Assembly (NCBI GenBank): GCA_965601925.1
Contig: OZ271854.1
Location: 3,392,001 to 3,456,000, forward strand
From: Alkalispirochaeta sp.
GTDB lineage: Bacteria; Spirochaetota; Spirochaetia; DSM-27196; Alkalispirochaetaceae
Length of the DNA stretch: 64,000 nucleotides
Direction of reading: 5' to 3'
In this document: piece by piece, positions 19,419-29,575 of the stretch
Layout of the letters: each line of letters starts with the position of its first letter
Numbering within the stretch: position 1 is the first letter of the stretch
Made by a program: the position numbers and the translations under genes
The notes under the pieces: generated by a model
Seen by the model: the letters and a program-made list of their open reading frames with translations, nothing else
Databases searched by the model: none
What the model was told of the DNA's origin: nothing

Positions 19419-20836
19419 ACGAACTCCTTACGACCGACGCGTACCTTCAGCGTCGTCGATGGGCCCGCTTGGGGTTACTCTACGTGGTGTTGCTCAGCTT
19501 CGGGATGGTTTTTCTGGGACCGTTACTCTTTTCTACGCTGATGAGTCTCAAGGTCAACCCCTTGGACTATCCGCCGTCTCTCAGCATTCCGCAGCTCAAT
19601 CCGCGCAACTGGGCACAGGCGGGACGCCTGGGACGAGAAGGTGCGGGACGGCCGCTTCTCGGCGGGTTTGCACCGGGCGGCGAGGTCTCGTTTGCGTTCG
19701 AGGTGGTATTGCCCGACTCGGCTGAGAGCGAAACACCGATCGACGAAGGCAATGCCGTCGCGGTGACCATTCCCCGGCGGCGTCCCGGCGCCGGTCTTGG
19801 GGCGGTGATAGCTATCGACTACGCCGCCGACTACGCCGTTCAGCGGCTGGAGGTCATCGGGCGTAGCGAGATCGATACCGATGTCGGCGGCGGTACCTTA
19901 GTGACGTACCGACTCCGTGTAACCTATCCCGAACGCCCGGACGCGCCGACGATCGATCGACTGCCGGTGGAGATCGAGCTATCTCCGGGGGTACTCTTTG
20001 CCGCAGCCGATCTCGCTCCGAGCAGGTTGGAGCGGCGCGGGCGTATCGTAAGCTACGACAACGTTACCCCGGGGAGTCTCGGTTACATCCTTCATAACTA
20101 CGTTCGTGTGTTCCGGGAGGCCCGAAGCGTCTCCTCGGGAGAGAGTTTGTTCTTGCGCTGGATGGTCAACTCCGGGATCTACGCGATATTCCGCGTGATC
20201 AGCAACGTCATACTGGCGTCGATGGCCGGGTACGCGTTGGCGCGGTACCGCTTTCGTGGCCGGACGATCCTCTTTTTCGTCGTACTCTTTGCGCAGATGG
20301 TGCCGGCCCAGGTCACCTTCATCTCCAATTATCTGGTCATTCGCGACGGTGTCTTCGGGTTGTCCCGCATATTCGGCCGTACTACGCTGCTCAATACGTT
20401 AGCCGGCGTCATTATCGGCGGTACGGGGCCTTCCGCCTTCATCGAGGCGGGTAAGGTCTTTATCATGAAGCAGTTTTTTGAGACGATTCCCGCCTCGACG
20501 GAGGAAGCGGCGATCATCGACGGCGCGAGTCACTGGCAGCGCTTCGCGTTGGTGATGTTTCCGCAGGCGCGCCCCGCCCTCGGAGCCGTAGCAATCCTTA
20601 CGTTTCAAAATGCGTGGAACGATTTTTTCTGGCCCCTGGTAGTACTGACCTCGCCGGAGGAGGTGAAGACGTTGCCGATCGGACTACTCTCGTTTCGGCA
20701 AACGTACGGTTCCGCCGGCGACTGGGGACTCATTTTGGCCGGAGCCGTTCTGAGCGCCGTACCGGTCGTCACGATATTCCTCGTTTTCCAAAAATACTTC
20801 CTCCAGGGAATATCGCTCGGCGGAAGTAAAGAATAG
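19415..20836 (+). CDS. Sugar ABC permease (MalG-like) with a large soluble insertion
   Basis: AGYALARYRF, EEAAIIDGAS, WNDFFWPLV; ATGA-coupled start at 19415. Confidence 0.9.
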   Translation: MNELLTTDAYLQRRRWARLGLLYVVLLSFGMVFLGPLLFSTLMSLKVNPLDYPPSLSIPQLNPRNWAQAGRLGREGAGRPLLGGFAPGGEVSFAFEVVLPDSAESETPIDEGNAVAVTIPRRRPGAGLGAVIAIDYAADYAVQRLEVIGRSEIDTDVGGGTLVTYRLRVTYPERPDAPTIDRLPVEIELSPGVLFAAADLAPSRLERRGRIVSYDNVTPGSLGYILHNYVRVFREARSVSSGESLFLRWMVNSGIYAIFRVISNVILASMAGYALARYRFRGRTILFFVVLFAQMVPAQVTFISNYLVIRDGVFGLSRIFGRTTLLNTLAGVIIGGTGPSAFIEAGKVFIMKQFFETIPASTEEAAIIDGASHWQRFALVMFPQARPALGAVAILTFQNAWNDFFWPLVVLTSPEEVKTLPIGLLSFRQTYGSAGDWGLILAGAVLSAVPVVTIFLVFQKYFLQGISLGGSKE

Positions 20837-20859
20837 ACGCGAAAGGGACCGACCGACAC

Positions 20860-22788
20860 ATGCTGAAGACGTCCGCGATTACGATCAACTCACAGCGCAA
20901 CCGGGTCATAAAAGAGGACCGGACGTTTTGGGTCGCCGACGGGGCGGGAGATACCACATCGTCCGAACACGGGTTCTACGTCGGCGATACGCGTATCCTC
21001 TCGAACAATCGATGGGAGTACGACGCTCCGATGACGCTCCTGCAGGCCCATAGCCCACAGCCCGATCGTGCGGAGTTCCAACTCGCCGAAATCGACGGTC
21101 CGCACCAAACGACGGCGATCGCCCGAACGGTAACGATCACCCCCGGGTCCCTCTCAGACCGTATCACGATCCGGAACTTCACCGCCGCTCCCCGGCGTCT
21201 GTGCATCCGGTACTGCGGCGAGGCCGATTTTTCCGACCTATTTACGGTGCGCGGATTTCCGGCCGCCGCGAGCGGCGCGATCTCGGTCATGACGCCTCAG
21301 GAAGGCGACGACGAGGGTGAGACGCCGCCGCGTTTGTTCATGACCTATCGAAGCGCAACGTTCGGCGGGTTCTTCAAGCTCCACGCCGAGGGGTGCGGCG
21401 AGAGCGCGGTATCCCCCGACGGTGCATTTTCTCTGACGACCCGCATGACGCTCCGACCGAGGGAGACGTACACCGTTGAGGTCGTGCTCGTCGGTGACGC
21501 GGCGCCTATCGGTTTCGCGAGAGAGAGGCCGGTCGTGTCGTTGCCGACGTACGAGGCGTGGGAGTCCTCATTTCCGACGAACGGACACGACCGTTTCGAT
21601 GCGTTGCACCGTCGGGCGCTGCGCACTGCGATCTCCGATGTTCGCGCCCTCCTGCTTGCGACCGAAGACGGCCCGTTTCCGGCGGCCGGTGTTCCGTGGT
21701 ACGTGGCGGTCTTTGGGCGCGATGCCCTCATCACCGCCTATTTTTTGCGTCGCTGGCGGCCCGACCTCGTCGTGGCCGTGTTGCGCCATTTGGCCCGTTT
21801 CCAAGGAATGGACTATGACGGCGAAACCGAGGAGGCCCCCGGGAAGATCCTGCACGAGCTGCGACACGGAGAGTTGTCCGCGGAACGACGCATCCCGCAT
21901 CGCCCGTATTACGGTACGGTCGACGCGACCGCGCTGTACGTCATCGTGTGCGGCGTCGTCGACGATGTAGAGGTTGTGCGTGAACTTCGACCCCATTGGG
22001 AGGCGGCCCTTCGATGGATCGTAACCGACGGCGACGCCGATTGCGACTCCTTTGTAGAGTACGACGGCGGATCGACGAGCGCCGGAGGTACGGTCGTCCA
22101 AAGCTGGAAAGATAGTCACGACTCGATGTCACACGCCGACGGATCACTCGCCGACGGCTTGGTGGCCGGCGTCGAAGTACAGGGATACAGCTATGCCGCG
22201 TTTTGCGCCGCCGCGCGGATGTACCGGTCACTCGGCGACACCGCCGCCGCGCGGGACTGGGCTCGTCGCGCACGGATGTTGCGCTCGGCGTTCGATCGCG
22301 CCTTTTGGGTCGACAATCCGGGAACCTACGCGATGGCGTTGGACGGACGCAAAAGGCCGCTGTGCGTGCTATCTTCAAATGCCGGTCAACTATTGTGGAC
22401 CGGAATCGTTCCGAAGAGGCGTGCACGGTCTCTCGTGCGCGTCTTGTTCGGCCCGGAGATGTGGACCGGCTGGGGTATTCGCACCTTGGCGTCCACCGAG
22501 GAGCGATACAATCCCGTAAGCTATCACAATGGATCGGTGTGGCCCCACGACACCGCGATTATTGCACTGGGACTCATACGGTACGGGTACTACGCCGAAG
22601 CGGCGCGTATTCGTACGGCGTTGTTCGACCTCGCCGCCGGCGAAACGGATGCACGTCTACCCGAGCTGGTCGCCGGATACCCCCGCGGTGACGGTCCGCC
22701 CGTTCCGTATCCCGTCGCGTGTCGCCCTCAAGCGTGGGACGCAGCGGCCCTCATCGCCCTCGCACTCGAGCCGAATCCGGTGGGATAA
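20860..22788 (+). CDS. Amylo-alpha-1,6-glucosidase / glycogen debranching family enzyme
   Basis: AGVPWYVAVFGRD, PGKILHE, YYGTVDAT, WKDS, YHNGSVWPHD, CRPQAW. Confidence 0.9.
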   Translation: MLKTSAITINSQRNRVIKEDRTFWVADGAGDTTSSEHGFYVGDTRILSNNRWEYDAPMTLLQAHSPQPDRAEFQLAEIDGPHQTTAIARTVTITPGSLSDRITIRNFTAAPRRLCIRYCGEADFSDLFTVRGFPAAASGAISVMTPQEGDDEGETPPRLFMTYRSATFGGFFKLHAEGCGESAVSPDGAFSLTTRMTLRPRETYTVEVVLVGDAAPIGFARERPVVSLPTYEAWESSFPTNGHDRFDALHRRALRTAISDVRALLLATEDGPFPAAGVPWYVAVFGRDALITAYFLRRWRPDLVVAVLRHLARFQGMDYDGETEEAPGKILHELRHGELSAERRIPHRPYYGTVDATALYVIVCGVVDDVEVVRELRPHWEAALRWIVTDGDADCDSFVEYDGGSTSAGGTVVQSWKDSHDSMSHADGSLADGLVAGVEVQGYSYAAFCAAARMYRSLGDTAAARDWARRARMLRSAFDRAFWVDNPGTYAMALDGRKRPLCVLSSNAGQLLWTGIVPKRRARSLVRVLFGPEMWTGWGIRTLASTEERYNPVSYHNGSVWPHDTAIIALGLIRYGYYAEAARIRTALFDLAAGETDARLPELVAGYPRGDGPPVPYPVACRPQAWDAAALIALALEPNPVG

Positions 22789-22932
22789 CACGAGGGCGAG
22801 CATCGCTCAGCTCTCCCACGCCGATCGGCCCCGACGGCGTGGCAACCCGGCCTCCCGTGCGTACCGGTCATGGCCCGGTCGATCGTACGGCTCTTCGGCA
22901 TGCACATGGTTCGCTAACACCGAGATGGCACG

Positions 22933-24642
22933 ATGGGCGCTATGAGCAGTCGGGACGAGGCGGAAAAACTATCGGTCGTGATGGAACTGTTAAAGGAGAT
23001 CGACAACTTTCCCGACCATCCGCAGTCATTTTATCACCGGCTTCTCGATGTTGCGGTACGAGTGATTGACGAGGCGGAGTTGGGTACCGTATCGCTGGTT
23101 CGCGAAAAACGGTGGCGGTACGTTGCGACGATCGGCCACACGATGGAGAAGATGCTCGATTTGGAGCTGAACGCGGACTGGGAGCTATCCGGCGGCGAGG
23201 TGAAGATCGTCAATAACTTGGAGACACGGTATCAGGAACGCTTTCCACCGGACGTACGCCGGAGCTTCTTTGAGGCGGTGAGACCGACGCGCTACTCTCT
23301 CATCGGAAGTTACACTCTCGACGACGAGGCGCGGGTGGTAATCTCCGTCGACATTCCGATGGAACGAGATCGGACGTTTCGTCCCTTCTCCGTACGAGTC
23401 TTTGAGTCGTTTCTCAAACTGGCGGGGTCGTACCAGCGTTCCGTCTATAATCGAGAGCATCTACAACGAGCCAACGACCAACTCTTGCGCGTGAACGAGG
23501 ACCTGCAGCGATCCTACGACGAGATAAGCACACTGAACCACAAGCTCAACCAGATACTGGGGCTAACGAATTACTTTTCTCGAGACGAGCTCGATATCGC
23601 GGAGTTTTTCGATCAGTTGTTGGCGACGGCGCTCCTGGTCGTCGACGAGGCGGACTACGGGAGCGTGAGCGTCGTCCGCAACGGAGCGTGGCAGTTTCTG
23701 ACCGCCGTCGGCCACGACATCGATACGTTGCGACGTTTGGAGCTTCGGTCGCAGTGGTTCGATCTCGAAGAGGGGACTCGGGTTCACGCCGATATCGTCG
23801 GACTCAACGAAGGGCTCATGCCGGAGGAGGCGTATCGCGCCCTTGCACAGGCGACTCGGCCGATCGGGGTGACGGCGAGTATAAACGCCCGTGTCGCCGA
23901 GGACTTCTGGGTCGTTATCTCCCTCGATCGAGCCGCGGGGCGTGTGGGCGGATTCTCGTCATCGGCGACGCGTGTGATCGACGCGTTCAGCGCGATGGCG
24001 CGAGGATTCCTCAAGACGCGGCTCTACGCCGAACTCATGCACGCCGCGTATCTGCGGTTTGCCAACAAGCTCGCGATGGTCGCCGAGCGTCACCACAAAG
24101 ATACCGCCGCGCATAATGAGCGCGTATCGCGAGTATCGAGCGTGCTTGCCGATGCCCTCGGCATGGCTCCCCACCGCATTACCGAGATCGCCGATTTCGC
24201 CTCGTTGCACGACATCGGTAAGGTCTTCATCGATCCGTCGATCCTCACCAAGCCGGAACGACTGACGTCCGATGAGCGACGGGAGATCCAGAAGCATACG
24301 GCCTACGGCGAACAGTTACTCGACGATCCGTGGTTCGCAACGGCGCGCAACATCGCGCGCTACCACCACGAGCGATGGGACGGGAGCGGCTATCCCGACG
24401 GATTGGGCGGATCGGCGATACCGATGGAGGCGCAGATTGTCGGCGTGGCGGACGTATTCGACGCCCTGCGCTCTCGGCGGAGTTACAAGGCGGAGATACC
24501 CGCCGACGAGGTTCTCCGCCGCATGCGGGAGGGCGACGACCGCATGGCTCCGGGGCAGTTTTCTCCCGCCATACTCGCTGCGTTGGAGGCGAAGTTGGAT
24601 CTCATCGAGAGAGACGTATACGGCGGCAACGGCCCGGGGTAA
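22933..24642 (+). CDS. HD-GYP c-di-GMP phosphodiesterase with two tandem GAF-like domains
   Basis: LHDIGK, HHERWDGSGYPDGL, ADVFDAL; duplicated N-terminal module. Confidence 0.9.
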   Translation: MGAMSSRDEAEKLSVVMELLKEIDNFPDHPQSFYHRLLDVAVRVIDEAELGTVSLVREKRWRYVATIGHTMEKMLDLELNADWELSGGEVKIVNNLETRYQERFPPDVRRSFFEAVRPTRYSLIGSYTLDDEARVVISVDIPMERDRTFRPFSVRVFESFLKLAGSYQRSVYNREHLQRANDQLLRVNEDLQRSYDEISTLNHKLNQILGLTNYFSRDELDIAEFFDQLLATALLVVDEADYGSVSVVRNGAWQFLTAVGHDIDTLRRLELRSQWFDLEEGTRVHADIVGLNEGLMPEEAYRALAQATRPIGVTASINARVAEDFWVVISLDRAAGRVGGFSSSATRVIDAFSAMARGFLKTRLYAELMHAAYLRFANKLAMVAERHHKDTAAHNERVSRVSSVLADALGMAPHRITEIADFASLHDIGKVFIDPSILTKPERLTSDERREIQKHTAYGEQLLDDPWFATARNIARYHHERWDGSGYPDGLGGSAIPMEAQIVGVADVFDALRSRRSYKAEIPADEVLRRMREGDDRMAPGQFSPAILAALEAKLDLIERDVYGGNGPG

Positions 24643-24651
24643 CGGGCGCCG

Positions 24652-25656
24652 CTACGGTATCAGGAGTATTTTACCGATCGAGTCCCGTCGTTCCAAAAGC
24701 CCGTGCGCGTCGCGCGCATCGCGAAGCGGGAAGCGACCGGCGACCGTCACCGATACGTCGCCCGCGGCGACCCAGTCGAGGACCGTGGCCGCGCGTTGAA
24801 GCATCACTTCTCGATCGTCGTTGTAGGTCGAGAGGCTCGCCCACGTCAGCGACAGGGAGCCGCGGCTTGAGTATCCGGCAATCCCCGAAAGACGGTTGAT
24901 ATCAAACGGCGCTACATTGCCGCTCGCTAATCCGTATACCACCATATGACCGCCGGCGCGTAACGCCTCGAGCCCGGCATCGAAGGTCGTTCGCCCAACC
25001 GCGTCAAACACGGCGTGAACGCCGACGCCCGCGGTAATGCGCGCTACCTCCTCGACGACGTCGGTTTGGGTATACAGAATGGTTTCGTCGCCGCCGGCCG
25101 CACGAACGGCGATCGCCTTTTCCTCCGTGGAGCACGTACCGATCACGGTCGCGCCGCGCATTTTGGCGATTTGCGTCAACAGCAGACCGACGCCGCCGGC
25201 GGCGGCTTGAATCAACACGGTGTCGCCCGCTCGGATCGGGTACGCCTCGTGGCTTAGGGCGTGCGCCGTCATACCTTGGAGGAGGCTCGAGGCGGCCTGT
25301 TCGTAATCGACCGTCTCCGGTAGGGGAATGGTGAGCTCCTCCGGACAGGCGAAGTACTCGGCGTAGATACCGACCATGTGGCCCGCTACCGCGACACGTT
25401 GACCGACCGCAACGGTCCGTACCTCCTTACCGACGTCAATTACCTCGCCCGCCGCCTCTATGCCGAGAATCAACGGAAGTTCAATCGGATACGGATGACC
25501 CGAGCGGTGCTGGACATCCACGAAGTTGACTCCGATCGCGCGATTTCGAATCAGTACTTCATTCGCTTTGAGAGTAGGGCCGGGCACACGGCGAATGCGT
25601 AGGCTCTCGGCATCTCCGAATGCATCAATGGAAACGGCGTTCATCATCCTATCCAT
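24652..25656 (-). CDS. Quinone oxidoreductase (zeta-crystallin/MDR family)
   Basis: GVNFVD, LGIEAAG, AAAGGVG, GKILL. Confidence 0.92.
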   Translation of the reverse strand: MDRMMNAVSIDAFGDAESLRIRRVPGPTLKANEVLIRNRAIGVNFVDVQHRSGHPYPIELPLILGIEAAGEVIDVGKEVRTVAVGQRVAVAGHMVGIYAEYFACPEELTIPLPETVDYEQAASSLLQGMTAHALSHEAYPIRAGDTVLIQAAAGGVGLLLTQIAKMRGATVIGTCSTEEKAIAVRAAGGDETILYTQTDVVEEVARITAGVGVHAVFDAVGRTTFDAGLEALRAGGHMVVYGLASGNVAPFDINRLSGIAGYSSRGSLSLTWASLSTYNDDREVMLQRAATVLDWVAAGDVSVTVAGRFPLRDARDAHGLLERRDSIGKILLIP

Positions 25657-25667
25657 CTCTATCGCTC

Positions 25668-26687
25668 CTATATCCAGTGGAATCGATTGGGGCGTACATC
25701 GGCAAACGAATCGTCGATGTAGTACGGTACGATCGACCCGGTGGGACTCGATACGCGATCAAGACGTTCGAGCTCCGCGTTACTGAATGAGACCTCGGAA
25801 GCGTCGAGCACCTCGCGCGCCTGTTCAACCGTTTTGGGGCCGACGGCGACGTTGCACACCGCGGGATGGTGGAGACACCATCCGATAGCGAGTTGTGCCG
25901 GGCTACACCCTTTTGCTCCTGCAAGTTCGACCACCGCTTCCACCACGTCGAAGGCTCGCGGCACGAAGTGACGATCGGCCCAGTCGTTCGAATCGCTCAG
26001 CCGAGAGCCCGTCGGACGTTCCGCGTCGCGTCGGTACGTCCCGGTGAGAAAGCCTCCCGCCAGGGGAGACCACACCGTGACGCCTATCCCGTACGATTGC
26101 GTCATCGGAAAGAGTTCGCGTTCGGCGCGGCGGTCCAGCAAATGGTATGCCGACTGCTCGCATACAAAGCGGTTGAGTCCGTACTCTTTGGCGACCCACA
26201 GCGACTCGATGATCCTCCATGCGGCAAAATCGCTCGAAGCGATGTAGCGCACGTCGCCGGCGCGTACCAGGTCGTCGAGAGCCCGAAGCGTCTCGTCAAT
26301 GGGAATCCGCGTGCTGGGACGATGAATGTAGAAGACATCGATGTAGTCGGTGTCCAACCGCCTCAATGACGCACGGCACTGTTCAAGGATGTGTCGTCGG
26401 TGATTATTGCCGCTGTTGGGATCATCGGGATCCATCTGAACGTGGACCTTGGTCGCCAACACGACGCGATCGCGCCGTCCCGTATCTCGCAGTGCGCCGC
26501 CGACGATCTCCTCGCTCCGCCCCGCATTGTAGATATTCGCAGTATCGATGCAGTTAACACCGCGGTCCAACGCCTCGGCGATAATGGTCGTGGCCGCGCC
26601 GCGGTCGGTTACGCCCCCGAAGTTCATCGTACCCAGGCACAATCGGCTCACTTGAACTCCGGTACGTCCCAAAGAGACATAGTCCAT
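25668..26687 (-). CDS. Aldo/keto reductase
   Basis: LCLGTMNFG, DTANIY, LATK, SLRRLDTDYID, WSPLAGGFL. Confidence 0.95.
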   Translation of the reverse strand: MDYVSLGRTGVQVSRLCLGTMNFGGVTDRGAATTIIAEALDRGVNCIDTANIYNAGRSEEIVGGALRDTGRRDRVVLATKVHVQMDPDDPNSGNNHRRHILEQCRASLRRLDTDYIDVFYIHRPSTRIPIDETLRALDDLVRAGDVRYIASSDFAAWRIIESLWVAKEYGLNRFVCEQSAYHLLDRRAERELFPMTQSYGIGVTVWSPLAGGFLTGTYRRDAERPTGSRLSDSNDWADRHFVPRAFDVVEAVVELAGAKGCSPAQLAIGWCLHHPAVCNVAVGPKTVEQAREVLDASEVSFSNAELERLDRVSSPTGSIVPYYIDDSFADVRPNRFHWI

Positions 26688-26758
26688 ACTCTCACCTCCG
26701 TCTTGTATCGAGGGTACGAACGGACGGTGCCGGAGAGATAGTAATTTTGCGTCAGATT

Positions 26759-27646
26759 TCAGTCGGCGAGCCAGCGTGCGATATTGGCCGCCACACCGAC
26801 GCTGAAGAACTCGTCATCGCTATGAAAGCGGCGCGTGAAGTAGTCGGACGGCGTTCCACCCATAAAGTATCTGAAGTCTTTGATGAAGTGATTCTGGTCG
26901 TAGTAGCCGAACTGAAGATAGCCGTGTCGCTTGACCGCCGACTCGTGCTCTTTCAGATGCTTCAGCGTCGCCTTGAAGCGAATCACGCGGGCAAACCGTT
27001 TTGGAGATATCCCTACTGAGTCCAGGAAACGGCGCTCCAGCGTTCTGCGAGACATATGGGCGTCTTCACCGAGGAGTGCAATGGACGTTGCGCCGCGGCT
27101 CCGCAATATCTTCCCGACGAGGTACCCGATCGCTCGGTCCGGTTCGTGTCGCAAGAGGCGTCGTGTGAGAGCAGCCTCCAAGAGGTCGACACGCGCCTCG
27201 TTGCCGGATACGTGATACAGTTGCTCTTCCACTTCTACGAGGTCGTGCGACAGCTGGGCGAACGGGACGATCCGCCGGTAGAACTCGCCGGCCGGGATTC
27301 CCGTGAGGGCTCGCAATCCGAGGGGACGGAGCTTCACACCCAGCAGGTTGAGCCGCTTCGTTTCCGTCAAAAAGACGGTGCTTGTACGCTGACCCACGAT
27401 GTGACCGGTCTGTATAGCCGTAACGCCTCCGGTTGCACGTTCCCGACGCATGTAGCCGTCACCAAAACAAAAGATGAGGTCTACGTATCCGTCGGGCACC
27501 ATAAGCTCCCGTTTCCACGCCACGCTTTTCTTTTCGAGCGTCCAATAGCAGCGCACGTAGTTCCTCAGATGCGGACCGGGCCGATAGAGTGCGTAGCGCA
27601 ACGAGGGAGTATCAAAAAGGGTGTGGGGCGTGCGGTCTCGATTCAT
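26759..27646 (-). CDS. AraC-type helix-turn-helix regulator
   Basis: SRRTLERRF...GISPKRF; GYYDQNHFIKDF. Confidence 0.88.
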   Translation of the reverse strand: MNRDRTPHTLFDTPSLRYALYRPGPHLRNYVRCYWTLEKKSVAWKRELMVPDGYVDLIFCFGDGYMRRERATGGVTAIQTGHIVGQRTSTVFLTETKRLNLLGVKLRPLGLRALTGIPAGEFYRRIVPFAQLSHDLVEVEEQLYHVSGNEARVDLLEAALTRRLLRHEPDRAIGYLVGKILRSRGATSIALLGEDAHMSRRTLERRFLDSVGISPKRFARVIRFKATLKHLKEHESAVKRHGYLQFGYYDQNHFIKDFRYFMGGTPSDYFTRRFHSDDEFFSVGVAANIARWLAD

Positions 27647-27736
27647 CTTGTACGCCTACGGTACGCGCGGATACGGTCTACGCTAAGATACTCATCGAAG
27701 GAGCCGTTGCCGACCGTGCCGGCATCGATCGCGCCG

Positions 27737-29563
27737 TCAGACGCGATCGATGCGGAGTGCGGCGAGCTCTTCGGGGTCCGGCCCGTCTTGCGTCGACTCC
27801 TCGACTTGAAATTGCCGAATGCTTTCGTCGGTTCGTTCGATGAGCCGCCGATTTTGCCCCGTGAGATCGCGGACGTGGTCGACGGCTTTGTTGATCTCCG
27901 CCGTGCCCGCCGCAACCTCCTCTATCCCCGCGCGTACGGCGCCGCTCACCTTCGACAGCTCGTCCATACCGGTCTGAACGCCGATACTCCGCTGGCGCAT
28001 GTCGTTGGCCCGGTCTTGAACGTCGGTGGTCGATGAGGTGATCTCCTCCAAGGCGGCCAGAATTTGTCGGCTTCCCTCCGACTGCTCTTGCATGGCGTTG
28101 TGCACTTGGCCGTTGATATCCGTGACGATACCGATGCGTTTACTCACGTCGCTGAATGCCTGATCTACGACGTTCGATTGCGCGGATACCTCTTCAATCG
28201 CCGTGTTGATCTCCCGTAGTCGTTCACGAATCGAACTACTTTGCTCGTTGGAGTTGACGGCCAGCGTGCGAATCTCACTTGCGACGACCGCGAAACCGCG
28301 TCCCGATTCACCGGCGTGGGCCGCCTCGATCGCGGCGTTCATGGCCAACAGATTCGTGCGCTCGGCGAGATCGGAGATGATGGTATTGGCGCTTTGCAAT
28401 GCGTCGGACTGCTCGGTAATGGTGCGAATCATCGACAAGGTCGAGGCGAGCATCTCTTGTCCTTTGTCGCTCGCCGCCACGAGTCCCGCTATCTCGCGCG
28501 AAGCGTTCTCCACGTTGTCGGTGACGCTTTTGATGTTGGCGACCATCTGCTCGATACTCGCCGAGCTTTGCGTCACCGCGGCACTCTGTTCATTGATGAG
28601 GTCCGACACGTGCGTAATCTGGGCGATGATGTCGTCGGCGGCCGATGTCGCCGATTCGACGTGACGGTGCTGCGCTTCGATCCGGCCGGCGATCGAATCG
28701 GTCGTCGAGGCGATTTGGGAGACCGCGGCGGCGGTCTGTTCCGCGTTCGAGGCGAGCTCACCTCCCGACTCCGAGAGACCGGACAACGACGATCTCACGG
28801 CGACGACGATATCGTGGAGCTTGCCGATGAACTCATTGAAGTTCACCGCGACGCGCCCCACCTCGTTGCGGGATGTGGCGAAGTTGAGACGCACCCTGAG
28901 GTCACCGTCGCCCTGTGCGATATCGCCGATCGTCGCCTCCAAACGTCGTAGAGGACGTTGGAGGGACACTGCGGCCAGTAGTCCGAGTATCGCCGTCACG
29001 AGGGTAACGACGATACCCACCGTAAGCGTCGTCGCGGCGACGTTCCGTACGTTGCCGCTCACGTGAGTTATCGCCTCCTCGGCGCCGGCTTCGGAAAACG
29101 CCAGTAACTCACCGACGTGTGTGCTGAGCTGCTCGAACAACAGGTAGGTCTCCTCGACCGTCTTGTTGGCCTCGTTGTACGCATCCAGCTCTTGGCGCAC
29201 CAACGCAATCAGTTCCAACTCTTCGTCGCTAAGGTCGATGTTTTCCCTGGTCGCGAGAAATGCCTCGAGACGCGCTTCCAGTTCGTCCTGGGCGGCAAAC
29301 GTCTCGTATACGATGCGCTCGAACGGGATTTGCTGAATGTCCTGTTGCGCCAACAGTTGATAGCGCTGCTGATTGATACCGAGCTCGATCACAAATTGGC
29401 TGAGCTGAACGTACGCCTCGATCTCGGTATCACGAGCGAACTCAAGCTCGGTGCGCGCCGTTTGTATAAGGCGAATGGTAACGAGAGATTGACCGGCCAG
29501 GACGAGAACGAGCGGGAAGAAGACTATCAGGAGAATGCGGCGAATACTTGCATTTTGTAACAT
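27737..29563 (-). CDS. Methyl-accepting chemotaxis protein (short helical periplasmic domain)
   Basis: Two TMs, [31 protein letters not shown]. Confidence 0.95.
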   Translation of the reverse strand: MLQNASIRRILLIVFFPLVLVLAGQSLVTIRLIQTARTELEFARDTEIEAYVQLSQFVIELGINQQRYQLLAQQDIQQIPFERIVYETFAAQDELEARLEAFLATRENIDLSDEELELIALVRQELDAYNEANKTVEETYLLFEQLSTHVGELLAFSEAGAEEAITHVSGNVRNVAATTLTVGIVVTLVTAILGLLAAVSLQRPLRRLEATIGDIAQGDGDLRVRLNFATSRNEVGRVAVNFNEFIGKLHDIVVAVRSSLSGLSESGGELASNAEQTAAAVSQIASTTDSIAGRIEAQHRHVESATSAADDIIAQITHVSDLINEQSAAVTQSSASIEQMVANIKSVTDNVENASREIAGLVAASDKGQEMLASTLSMIRTITEQSDALQSANTIISDLAERTNLLAMNAAIEAAHAGESGRGFAVVASEIRTLAVNSNEQSSSIRERLREINTAIEEVSAQSNVVDQAFSDVSKRIGIVTDINGQVHNAMQEQSEGSRQILAALEEITSSTTDVQDRANDMRQRSIGVQTGMDELSKVSGAVRAGIEEVAAGTAEINKAVDHVRDLTGQNRRLIERTDESIRQFQVEESTQDGPDPEELAALRIDRV

Positions 29564-29575
29564 CTGTCCGTCCTT

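Noticed and set aside
27056..28036. 326 aa plus-strand ORF and similar long overlapping ORFs
   Set aside because: Antisense to well-supported AraC and MCP genes, with no recognisable domains.
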